This document shows, piece by piece, positions 1 through 9,173 of a stretch of DNA of 64,000 nucleotides (its first letter is position 1; the number at the start of each line of letters is the position of its first letter). Location: the IMG/VR virus record IMGVR_UViG_3300047094_002472. One strand, given 5' to 3'. The notes under the pieces are model-generated. The model did no database searches and was not told where the DNA came from. It was given only the letters and a program-made list of their open reading frames with translations. The DNA is from a virus. Made by a program: the position numbers and the translations under genes.

Positions 1-1
1 A

Positions 2-502
2 GATCTTTCTTTATCAATGAAGACACTACTAAATATTAATGCTGCCGAACTATTAATTTCTGGTAGCTGTATATCTTCTCCAAGAGCTTCTTCTTTTAGC
101 TCCACCCACGACTACACCACTGGAACCATATCATATTCTGCAGAATACAACTCAAGTAGAGCCTGCTTAAACAACTCATCGTATAGAAGCATAAGTATAT
201 CGGTTGAGGATAGCACTCCTATGGTTGCGGAATTCGTTATTCCGGGAAGACAAAACGGGCCAATTATTCAAAAACTTGGACCGTACACCCCCAAAAGGGT
301 TAATGTAAACATAGAGGGTTTTTCTGAGAGCCTTATATCGTGTTGTCCTAATGTTTCTAATGTATGCTCGGGATTGGGTCTACCAGCAGATATCCCCGAT
401 AAAGAAATAGGTGGCATGATTCTTGTGCAAAATCAAGAGACGATTAATAGTATAGATGGCTCATATAATATTAGTAGATCATATATTAAAAGAGATAATT
501 AA
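2..502 (+). CDS. Putative virion structural protein, 5'-truncated by the window edge; paralog of the next gene
   Basis: Frame is open from position 2. The C-terminus (HDYTTGTISYSAEY..SISISVEDSTPMVAEFVIPG..IDGSYNIS) matches the C-terminus of 515..2227 (HNYHEGTINYSVEY..SISIAVEDSSPVLAELPIPG..IDGSYSIS). Confidence 0.55.
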   Translation, partial: DLSLSMKTLLNINAAELLISGSCISSPRASSFSSTHDYTTGTISYSAEYNSSRACLNNSSYRSISISVEDSTPMVAEFVIPGRQNGPIIQKLGPYTPKRVNVNIEGFSESLISCCPNVSNVCSGLGLPADIPDKEIGGMILVQNQETINSIDGSYNISRSYIKRDN

Positions 503-514
503 AAGAGGATTATT

Positions 515-2227
515 ATGACTAAAACATATTATGGACCAGAGGACAGCCAATCTTCTGCATATAGGCTTTCACCAGCCCCACAAATTAGTATTAGTACAGA
601 ACCGTATTATAGTGGGGATATTATTATCGGATATACACACAACGTATCAATTAGGGGCTATGCAACAGCCTATAGACAAACAACAGAGACCAATACTTCC
701 AACTCTTCTATTAACAGCTTGGGTTTGGTAACAGACAATATAGCCATGGTGCAGAAAATTTTAAGTCGTAATGGTAGTACTTTATCTATCAGAGAAGACG
801 ATAATACGGAGACTATTAAATGTAGGGGTGGTACTCTTAGATCTTTATCTTTTAATGAATCTCCTAATAATTGGATGGGATATGCGGAATACTCAGCAAC
901 TATCGAATTTAATGAAGTAGAACTCATTAACGGCTCCTCTCTCCATTCCATAGCTTGCTCAGACTCATACCTAGACCCCTCAAGCAAGTCTGATGGTATA
1001 ATTGATATAGATAAATATAAGATAAAAGCTTTTACAGACAACTGGTCTATTGCAACAGACGATAATCTTTACAATAGAGTTATAAACACAAATTATGGAG
1101 TGATGGATACTGAAAATTCTAGCATGACCGTAACCTATACCATATCTGCAACAGGAAAAAACCACTACGTCGATGATCTGCTAATCCCCGCATGGGAACA
1201 GGCCAAGAACTTTGCACAAGACAGGCTATATCGTAAGGTTGTAGGTATGCTATCTTCCACATTGGGATTAACAGCAAATACAGCGTGCTCAGCATCGTCG
1301 TCTTTAAGTGCAATAGGCTCCGCAACATCTGGCTCTTTACAAAACCTGGGTTCTGCCTACGGCGTTTACAACGAGACATTATCATGTAACACTTCCGAAT
1401 CTGATGGTACTTTTTCTGTTACTTATAATGCTATAATTAAGAAAAATAATAATACAGACGTTAACCATCCAGCTAGTAAGCATACTTTTAATAGAGCTAC
1501 TAATGTTCAAAACGATACTAGAAAAATAACAACAATTAGCATACAAGGAACAATAGAAGGTCTTCTTGAAGGCGGTATCATTAGAAGTGCAGGAACAGGG
1601 TTTAGACTACCCCAAAATGGATCTATTTTAATTAGCTCATCTTCTTCCACAAAATACGCACAGGCTCTTACCGCACTGAACAAGATTATCTCCGGGGAAG
1701 ACCTAATAGAAAATGTTAAAACAAAACTAGGAATCACAGCCACCAACCTAGGAATTAGCGCTCAACAATTAGCTGGATGCGGTAGCGCTAGTTTAGAACC
1801 TTCTTCTTTTAGCTTGACACATAACTACCACGAAGGTACTATTAATTATAGTGTTGAATATTCTAGTAATATTATATGTGGACAATCTGGGTCAGCAGCA
1901 AGTATAAGCATTGCTGTCGAAGATTCTTCACCAGTATTAGCAGAACTACCTATTCCCGGAACGGGTGTATTAGTAATACAAGATATGAAAACAAAGACAG
2001 CCAAAAAGATCAATATTAGTATAGAAGGAAGACTAGGTGGTAGGAGTTGTTGTTTAACTGGCAATTCTATAACTGGACAAATAGCATCAGCTGGCTTTAG
2101 TATTCCTGCTGGGATAACATTACCAAATATGACCAACTATATAGTAACACAAAAACAAAGAACGGACAATCCCATTGATGGTTCTTATAGCATTAGCTTG
2201 GGATATATGTGTGCTTCAGGATGTTAG
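515..2227 (+). CDS. Putative virion structural (tail/baseplate-region) protein, 570 aa
   Basis: Long S/T/G/N-rich ORF with a beta-strand-like pattern, an AGAGGA RBS and no enzyme motifs; function inferred from composition and context. Confidence 0.55.
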   Translation: MTKTYYGPEDSQSSAYRLSPAPQISISTEPYYSGDIIIGYTHNVSIRGYATAYRQTTETNTSNSSINSLGLVTDNIAMVQKILSRNGSTLSIREDDNTETIKCRGGTLRSLSFNESPNNWMGYAEYSATIEFNEVELINGSSLHSIACSDSYLDPSSKSDGIIDIDKYKIKAFTDNWSIATDDNLYNRVINTNYGVMDTENSSMTVTYTISATGKNHYVDDLLIPAWEQAKNFAQDRLYRKVVGMLSSTLGLTANTACSASSSLSAIGSATSGSLQNLGSAYGVYNETLSCNTSESDGTFSVTYNAIIKKNNNTDVNHPASKHTFNRATNVQNDTRKITTISIQGTIEGLLEGGIIRSAGTGFRLPQNGSILISSSSSTKYAQALTALNKIISGEDLIENVKTKLGITATNLGISAQQLAGCGSASLEPSSFSLTHNYHEGTINYSVEYSSNIICGQSGSAASISIAVEDSSPVLAELPIPGTGVLVIQDMKTKTAKKINISIEGRLGGRSCCLTGNSITGQIASAGFSIPAGITLPNMTNYIVTQKQRTDNPIDGSYSISLGYMCASGC

Positions 2228-2241
2228 TTTAAGGACTTATT

Positions 2242-5200
2242 ATGACAACAGAATATCAGAATATAGGATTAACTAACCCAATCACATTTTTAGATGCTAC
2301 AGTAGTATCATTTAATGGTAATCTTGGCGTTGGAAGCCAAGAAAGTTCATTAACTGTAGAACTTGTTGAGGATTGTGATTCTGGTCAGACGTTTGCCGGA
2401 GGTTTTCCTGATAGTCTCATAGGATCACCAGTATGTTTTCCAGAAAATCCTGGAGGAATGAACTTTTCTTTTTGTGGAATCATAACAAACTGGACCAGAA
2501 ATATCGGCACGTCAGGAAATACTTATAGCGTAACATTAACAGACCCAAGAAGAATACTTGAGAACTGCACACTAATCATAGACACATATGCTGGTACAGC
2601 ACTTAATAACATACCCAATGTATTTAATGTTTATAATTTCTATGAATCCGAATCGGCTATTACTAGCGGACAATGTTCAACCTTCGGAACATCTGGGATA
2701 TCCGGAGATCGAGGCATATCATATCAGGCTATTATCAATGCTCTTCAACAATCTAATTTGACTATACGAACTCCAACGGGATCTCCTTTGAGTATAGACC
2801 TTAGCGATCTCCCGTCTGGCTTTCCTCCTTCCTATAGGGCCAATGGTCCGTCGATGACTCTTCTTCAATTGATTACCGATGTTTGTGACGCTACTGGCTA
2901 TGATTTTTATGTCTACTTAAACTCTAACAGCGTTATAAAAATTGGACTAGTAGATCTTAGACAAAACCCATCATCTTTCTCTTATATACAAGGTATATCT
3001 GGCTATATTACCGATAGGTCTTTTGGTCGAGAATTAAGAATTGAAAAACAAAATTCTATTATTTTTGGTGAAAAAAGACACTATATGGCCACAGCATCTA
3101 ATTTTCTTCCTTATTTTGGAGAAAATACTAGATGTGAGCCAGTAACAGCGGTCCCCGGAGGCGGATCATGTGGCTTTAATGTCTTGGTATATACAAAACC
3201 TCTCGCCGCATCCCTTAGAAACCCAGGAGTTTTTGCTGGCGGAGAAGATCTCTATATCAATGAGTTCGACTTGAGAGCAAACTATGAATTATGGGTAGAC
3301 GCTGTACTAGCGGGCAATGCTGATTTAAGTTCATATGCTTTGACAGCTAAAGCTTGGTTTGAAGATAACGGTATGACTGGTAATTTTGCAAATGCTTTTT
3401 TTGCAGCTGGAAATGGAATAAAAGCGAGTGCCAAAATAAGTTCTGTACAAGACGTAACAGCAGGAAACCCTTCGCAAAATACATCCAGAAAGACACAAGA
3501 ATATATTAATGAAGATGCTAAAAAAATACATGGTTATATAGAGTCTCTTAGGCAAACATATTACGGTAAGCAGTTTCTGTGTACATTAAGTGAAAATATT
3601 TGTGTTGGTAATACACAAGACATAATGACCTCCGGAAATTCTGCCTCATCAGTAACTTGTTTAAGCACAGAGAAATTTTACAGTGCGGAACCAACAAATG
3701 ATGGTGGTTGGGTGGAAACTGGTGGAACTGTTATGGGCGTATCCGATCCCTACCTCGGTTTTTTTAGACAAGATGACGGTCGAGTAGGAGCGTTTGCTAA
3801 ATTTACTACCGGTAATGTTGGCTCTGGCCGTAAATTAAATCTAGATAATATTTCTGCTGATGAGGTATTAGTAAATGATAATGGGTCAGAGGCATACGTT
3901 AAGGCAGAGGTTGGAGAAAAAATCTATAAGATTAATAATCAAACATACGTATTAATAAAGTTTAGTGACGCCTGTTTAACGACCCTTAATTCTCAAGAAG
4001 CACAGTTTCCAGCAGCATTTCTTGCCGCGGCATCCGCAATAGCAAAAAGCTCTGGTTTAACCAGTGGTGGCTCGGGAGTTACAAATCAGGCTATGTATAT
4101 ATGTGATAGCTTGAATATGTCTAGTATGAATGAGGCTGTATCTGGGTTAGATGTTTCTTCTACTAATAAATACCAGCTAACACCCGGAGCTGTTACGCCA
4201 ATCATTGCCGCAATTCCGATGAGAAGCAATATTAGCACATATGGTCCATACTCTAATCCGAATATTGGTCAAAACGCCGGCGGTTGTAGTGCGGAACAAA
4301 ATACAGACCTTGCCCCATGGGTTTTTGGTGGCTCTAATGCTATGAATACTGCTGGAAATTTATTAGCACGACTATCCCAGATGGGATTAAATCAGGCAGA
4401 GAGTGGCTCTGTCACCCTCGTTGGTTTGCCAGACCTACCATTTCTAGGGAATGATTATAATAGCAATCCTAATCTTAGTGGTATTAATGTTAATTTTGGA
4501 TCTTCTGGTATTACAACAACCTATACCTTTCAAACATTTACTCCAAAGTTTGGTGACTTAGCAAAATCTGCTGTGGAGCAAATGAAGAATGCCGCTAAAA
4601 ACAGACAAAAGCAGCTCCAGTTTTTAAGAAACCAAGCTATAATGTCTCATAACATTAATAGAAAACTAAAAACCGTGGGTGGAGGAACAAGGAAACCGGC
4701 AGATAAAAATGTGGCAGACGGACAAACCCTTCATAGATGCATGATTGCTGATATGAAGGATTGGTACGAACAGCCGTCGGGAGATAGTCAAAGAACTGTT
4801 GTAGGTATAGATACTCTGCCAAAATCAGTACTAGAATTAAGATTTAACTACGCCAAAAAAGCATTTATGAGTTTGGATGGTTTATTTGGACCAGTATGTA
4901 AAGCTGGGGATAATGGTTGTGGCCTACCTAGATATGCTAATTATCAAAATAATAATTTTGTACAAATTAATAAAACTAATAGTTCTCCATTATCACCACA
5001 ACCGCCTTTTGATAAAGAGGGAAATTGTAACGATCCAATAACTATGGATCAATATAATCTACGAATTAATCAAAAATATTTAGATCCTCTTACTAATAAG
5101 GTTTCAGGAAGTAATCATCATCACGATGGAGATGGCGCCGGTCACGCCATAGACCTTTTAGGTAGGGGTGATACTCCGCCGGATGAGACGATGTTAATGA

Positions 5201-7326
5201 ATGCTTTGGCTCAAAATGCTAATAATAGATATTCTGAGGACTATAGATTTTTAGGATTAAGAGGTCCGTTGGTACTACATGCTTGGGGGTATGATCTTGA
5301 TGGTAAGCCAGTACCCAACGAAGCGGACACTGACGCTGCTGCTGGCAATGGTACGTTTAAAGATACGGAACTCAAAGACAAGTTTTTAAAAGACTGGTTA
5401 AACAAACCCAAAACATGGCCAGTTGCTCCTGTTGACTTGCGTTTTGATCGAGAGCGCGGCATGTGGGTTAGTCCACAAGCATATAAAATTGTGGTGGCCA
5501 AAATTGTTAAAAAAGTATCAGCTTTTGGAGAGGGCAGAGCAATACTTATAAATGAGAAGGGTGGAAATAAATACTACAAGAATTTATATGATGAAAATGG
5601 AGAGTTAGTAGCAGCCGCCGATCAAGAGGGGAAGAGTTGCGAAAGTACAGGAGGAGAGAAAGAATATAAGTGGATTTTAGTTAATGCAGGACTATGCTCA
5701 AAGAAATATTATTGCTATACTATTGGCGGTCAAAGCAGCGAGTGTAAGCAGTCTAACTTACCCAATGGAGAATATCTAGACCCCATAAGAGGCCCAATAC
5801 CACCAGTTGGCGGTCCTTACGACTCCTGTGCCGGAAATCCGTGTAAACAGTTTGGGGCGTGTTGTTATTCGGATATATGCGAAGATGGAGTAGAAAAGCA
5901 AGACTGCGAAACATATTACGGTGGAACGTTTTATCTAGAAAAAACTTGCGATGATATAGACTCTATATGCAGAAAACCGGGAGCTTGTTGTTACTACAGT
6001 ACGGATAGAGATGATTATTATGGGTGTGACGAGAACATTCCAAAAAATACCTGCGAAAGTGAAGGAGGTGTTCACTATTTAGGTAAAACTTGCGACCAAG
6101 CAAATTGTGAACCTCCAACAACTACGCCAGCAGGAACTACGCCAGCGGGAACTACGCCAGCGGGAACTACGCCAGCGGGAACTACGCCAGCGGGAACTAC
6201 GCCAGCGGGAACTACGCCAGCGGGAACTACGCCAGGGGGAAGTACAACACCACCCCCATCATACTACTGCATTAACGACGGACAAGGCAATTGTTATTGC
6301 TCTCAAAACGGTAGTGGACAAGCCTATTCTGGATATGATGCTTGTTATCAAGCTTGTTGCGGTACCACCAGCCCACCCACAAGTCCACCCACAAGTCCAC
6401 CAGGATGTAATCTTAGCGACGAATGTATCGACCAGATTTTTGACAGAGTTTGGTCTAGGATTATGGAGAATACTACCTCTTGCGACAGCGGAGGTGGCAC
6501 TACCAGTGGTCCGGGCGAAGGCACTACCAGTGGTCCGGGCGAAGGCACTACTAGTGGTCCGGGCGAAGGCACTACTAGTGGTCCGGGCGAAGGCACTACC
6601 AGTGGTCCGGGCGAAGGTACAACCAGTGGTCCGGGCGAAGGTACAACCAGTGGTCCGGGCGAAGGTACAACCAGTGGTCCGGGTACCACACAGGCTCCTA
6701 TTCGATGGAGATGTGATCAAAATACTAATCAGTGCGTAGTAGATCCGAGCGGACCATATGAGAATGAATTTGGTTGCAACTATGACTGCTTATATGCTAC
6801 CACAACCACAGGCAACCCAACCACAACAACGACCACAACAACGACCACAACAACGACCACTACTACCACGAGAAGACCAACAACAACCACTAAGGCTCCT
6901 CCACCCACACAGCCTCCAGTACCAACATCTCCACCACAAACAACAGCGGCCCCACCAACCGCTCCACCGTCATCAACATCAGACCTTAGTGGCAGCACCC
7001 CTATGATCAAGGTCGTAGATAGAATCGGTAAAACACATGCTGCTGGAGATATGGTTTATGCTTATTATGATACTTATAAGAGTGAATATATAGTATTAGA
7101 TAAGTATGAAGAAGTGTCTACTCCAACAATATACGGTCAGTGGGATGGAACCACTATTAAAGTGGAGGGCTTATCTGGAATAACCACAGAGAACAACATT
7201 GATATAGGATCATCAATAACTGTAGAGAATACCTTAAATCTTACAACACCAGATGAAGACTGTACTGTTAGAGGAGTTGCTATAAAGTTCTTAACTAGCG
7301 ACAACCCATACAAAGAGAATAGTTAA
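2242..7326 (+). CDS. Large putative tail/baseplate protein, 1694 aa, with inserted Cys-rich (GACC) modules and mucin-like Thr/Pro repeats
   Basis: AAGGA RBS. The N-terminal ~1100 aa look structural. Residues ~1150-1590 hold GACC modules, TTPAG and GTTSGPGE repeats and a poly-Thr/Pro tract. Confidence 0.6.
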   Translation: MTTEYQNIGLTNPITFLDATVVSFNGNLGVGSQESSLTVELVEDCDSGQTFAGGFPDSLIGSPVCFPENPGGMNFSFCGIITNWTRNIGTSGNTYSVTLTDPRRILENCTLIIDTYAGTALNNIPNVFNVYNFYESESAITSGQCSTFGTSGISGDRGISYQAIINALQQSNLTIRTPTGSPLSIDLSDLPSGFPPSYRANGPSMTLLQLITDVCDATGYDFYVYLNSNSVIKIGLVDLRQNPSSFSYIQGISGYITDRSFGRELRIEKQNSIIFGEKRHYMATASNFLPYFGENTRCEPVTAVPGGGSCGFNVLVYTKPLAASLRNPGVFAGGEDLYINEFDLRANYELWVDAVLAGNADLSSYALTAKAWFEDNGMTGNFANAFFAAGNGIKASAKISSVQDVTAGNPSQNTSRKTQEYINEDAKKIHGYIESLRQTYYGKQFLCTLSENICVGNTQDIMTSGNSASSVTCLSTEKFYSAEPTNDGGWVETGGTVMGVSDPYLGFFRQDDGRVGAFAKFTTGNVGSGRKLNLDNISADEVLVNDNGSEAYVKAEVGEKIYKINNQTYVLIKFSDACLTTLNSQEAQFPAAFLAAASAIAKSSGLTSGGSGVTNQAMYICDSLNMSSMNEAVSGLDVSSTNKYQLTPGAVTPIIAAIPMRSNISTYGPYSNPNIGQNAGGCSAEQNTDLAPWVFGGSNAMNTAGNLLARLSQMGLNQAESGSVTLVGLPDLPFLGNDYNSNPNLSGINVNFGSSGITTTYTFQTFTPKFGDLAKSAVEQMKNAAKNRQKQLQFLRNQAIMSHNINRKLKTVGGGTRKPADKNVADGQTLHRCMIADMKDWYEQPSGDSQRTVVGIDTLPKSVLELRFNYAKKAFMSLDGLFGPVCKAGDNGCGLPRYANYQNNNFVQINKTNSSPLSPQPPFDKEGNCNDPITMDQYNLRINQKYLDPLTNKVSGSNHHHDGDGAGHAIDLLGRGDTPPDETMLMNALAQNANNRYSEDYRFLGLRGPLVLHAWGYDLDGKPVPNEADTDAAAGNGTFKDTELKDKFLKDWLNKPKTWPVAPVDLRFDRERGMWVSPQAYKIVVAKIVKKVSAFGEGRAILINEKGGNKYYKNLYDENGELVAAADQEGKSCESTGGEKEYKWILVNAGLCSKKYYCYTIGGQSSECKQSNLPNGEYLDPIRGPIPPVGGPYDSCAGNPCKQFGACCYSDICEDGVEKQDCETYYGGTFYLEKTCDDIDSICRKPGACCYYSTDRDDYYGCDENIPKNTCESEGGVHYLGKTCDQANCEPPTTTPAGTTPAGTTPAGTTPAGTTPAGTTPAGTTPAGTTPGGSTTPPPSYYCINDGQGNCYCSQNGSGQAYSGYDACYQACCGTTSPPTSPPTSPPGCNLSDECIDQIFDRVWSRIMENTTSCDSGGGTTSGPGEGTTSGPGEGTTSGPGEGTTSGPGEGTTSGPGEGTTSGPGEGTTSGPGEGTTSGPGTTQAPIRWRCDQNTNQCVVDPSGPYENEFGCNYDCLYATTTTGNPTTTTTTTTTTTTTTTTTRRPTTTTKAPPPTQPPVPTSPPQTTAAPPTAPPSSTSDLSGSTPMIKVVDRIGKTHAAGDMVYAYYDTYKSEYIVLDKYEEVSTPTIYGQWDGTTIKVEGLSGITTENNIDIGSSITVENTLNLTTPDEDCTVRGVAIKFLTSDNPYKENS
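6121..6240 (+). repeat. Coding tandem repeat, 8 x 15 bp (ACTACGCCAGCGGGA; TTPAG)
   Basis: Directly visible near-perfect repeat. Confidence 0.95.
6496..6684 (+). repeat. Coding tandem repeat, about 8 x 24 bp (GGCACTACCAGTGGTCCGGGCGAA; GTTSGPGE)
   Basis: Directly visible; units differ by synonymous changes. Confidence 0.95.
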
Positions 7327-7377
7327 TGGTAGCTAATAAATAATATATAAGTGAGCTTTTACTCTTACTTATTATTC

Positions 7378-7920
7378 TTAACCGGGGTGAGGTGTTGTTG
7401 TAGTCGTCGGGGTGGATTCGCAAATGGCGTTGTAATAAGAGTCTCGGAGGCTCCCGTAATAGGGTGAGGAGGAGTATTCAGCTTGAAGATCCTCTAAGGC
7501 AGCACAATCCCCGGGCAAACTGGTATCTGTGCGGTTTGGATCGCAACAAGTCGCCCAGTCCCCAGTTTTTTTGCCTTGAATATCAATCCATTTTAGCTGA
7601 TATGGAAGTTCGAATACTGGCAGATCCCCAATGGGACCAATAGGGAAGAACGCCTCGGTAACAGCCACAAATTCCCCCGTTTTTTCCCACCCAGATGGAA
7701 TCACACTTTCGCATGGAAGATCACCTGGAACATTGTACATCATCCAGGTATCGACTGTAACCCCACTCGAACCAAGATCTTTATAACTTTGAGGTATGTC
7801 TGACAAATATTTTATACAATCTCTGTATTGTCCACCCCCAATTGCCACGCACTGTGAACCGGGAGGGCATCCTGGCGCGAACCAGTTGGCCGCGATGCCG
7901 GCCCAGAGAAACCCGAGCAT
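7378..7920 (-). CDS. Cys-rich protein with a C-terminal Thr tract; possibly the 3' part of an interrupted gene starting at 8082
   Basis: GCPPGSQCVAI motif resembles GCPDGSRCVSI in the neighbouring gene. An upstream in-frame ATG at 8082 is separated from it by one TGA at 7942-7944. Confidence 0.5.
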   Translation of the reverse strand: MLGFLWAGIAANWFAPGCPPGSQCVAIGGGQYRDCIKYLSDIPQSYKDLGSSGVTVDTWMMYNVPGDLPCESVIPSGWEKTGEFVAVTEAFFPIGPIGDLPVFELPYQLKWIDIQGKKTGDWATCCDPNRTDTSLPGDCAALEDLQAEYSSSPYYGSLRDSYYNAICESTPTTTTTPHPG

Positions 7921-8085
7921 CGCCTCGGCCGAGTAGCGGCTTCACCACGCTCGCCCCCTGCACTTCGTGATCGTATTCGATGAAGCCAACCGAGCTGCCG
8001 AAGGTCTGGCGGGCGGGCCGCCACTGAAAGCCCGCGAAATCTCATTAAGGAGAGACTCAGGAAAAAAAAGTTTGCTACTCATAGG

Positions 8086-8835
8086 TCACGCTCCAGGACA
8101 GACGCGGATGGACACGCACCGCGAGCCATCTGGGCAGCCGCCATTGTCGCCGCACGGCGTGTCAATCCAAATGTCTGAACGCACACTGTCGGGGCAGTTG
8201 AACGCAAGATAGTCCTCTAGGCTGCATTCGTTCGCCAAGCAAAAGTAGGCTGTGTTGTAACCAGGGAAGCACTCTCCTTTTTGAAACTGTTCCTCAGGAG
8301 GCCAGGCAGGGTTGAAGTAAAACTTTCCACAGCAGAATACAGTCGCCTCATCTCCGCTAATTTCCGGAGGAGGGCAACCGTTGGTCGCGCAGTCGCCCGA
8401 CTCCGCCACGCACTGCCCATCCACGCACTCGCACCCTTCGGGGCACGGGTTCGACTGTTTCTCTGGCGGGCACTCAAGCCCGAGTTCTTGCGAAGTGAAA
8501 ACATACATACCGCAGCCAAACTGCCAAGAGGGATTGTCGGCGTTGAAGTTGTCGGCAAACTCCTGAGCTTCCGCACCTGTCGCGAAAAACGCAGGCGCGT
8601 TCCATCGTTCTTGGCAGCCAAGGAAATCGGCGCAACCGTCGCCATTGGGGCCGCACTGGCCGTCAGGCGAGCAGCAATAGGCGACATAGCAACTGGTGTC
8701 GCACGGGCCTTCACACGGTGGCGGTGTAGTGGTAGTGGTAGGACAGCAACAAGAAGGGGGTCCTTCCCCAGAATGCATAACCAATTTTCCATCTAATAAA
8801 TATAGTGTACCGTTCTCTGCTAAAAATAGAGACAT
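8086..8835 (-). CDS. Cys-rich putative virion accessory protein
   Basis: N-terminal LYLLDGKLV..SCCCPTTTTTPPPC followed by many Cys modules; the body is GC-rich. Confidence 0.6.
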   Translation of the reverse strand: MSLFLAENGTLYLLDGKLVMHSGEGPPSCCCPTTTTTPPPCEGPCDTSCYVAYCCSPDGQCGPNGDGCADFLGCQERWNAPAFFATGAEAQEFADNFNADNPSWQFGCGMYVFTSQELGLECPPEKQSNPCPEGCECVDGQCVAESGDCATNGCPPPEISGDEATVFCCGKFYFNPAWPPEEQFQKGECFPGYNTAYFCLANECSLEDYLAFNCPDSVRSDIWIDTPCGDNGGCPDGSRCVSIRVCPGA

Positions 8836-8841
8836 AATTTA

Positions 8842-9162
8842 TCACTTTTCTTTAGAATATTTGTGCCATCCCTTGTTGGGTAAGTATTCGCCGCTATCGT
8901 CCTTGCGCTTTGGAAATAAGGTTCCTCCCTTTTTATGTTGACCAAAAGAGAGAATCCCACCACAATCCATACACCTTAGTTCGTAAAAGTCGTTACCTTC
9001 TACGTTTCTAACAACGAACTTTATGTTGTTTTTAGAGCATAATCCACACTTATCTTCTCCGAATATCTCTTGCACAGAGGCTAGTTCCTTGAAGATCTCT
9101 TTTTGACCTTCGCCCTCTATGGTAAACTCTAATTTATCACTAATTTTATATTTGGCCAACAT
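8842..9162 (-). CDS. Small zinc-ribbon protein
   Basis: CGLC...CMDC pairs; start moved to the ATG at 9162, which follows an AAGGAG RBS. Confidence 0.6.
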   Translation of the reverse strand: MLAKYKISDKLEFTIEGEGQKEIFKELASVQEIFGEDKCGLCSKNNIKFVVRNVEGNDFYELRCMDCGGILSFGQHKKGGTLFPKRKDDSGEYLPNKGWHKYSKEK

Positions 9163-9173
9163 AACTTTTCTCC

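Noticed and set aside
7942-7944. Genome-wide stop-codon reassignment
   Set aside because: Only one interrupted gene was seen; TAA, TAG and TGA all end conserved full-length genes, and coding density under the standard code is high.
7870-8098. Invertible segment bounded by a 9/10 inverted repeat (TCCTGGCGCG / CGCTCCAGGA), and an A8 tract at 8062-8069 as a phase switch
   Set aside because: The repeat is short, no recombinase is in the window, and a one-base slip in the A tract does not join the ATG at 8082 to the downstream Cys-rich frame.
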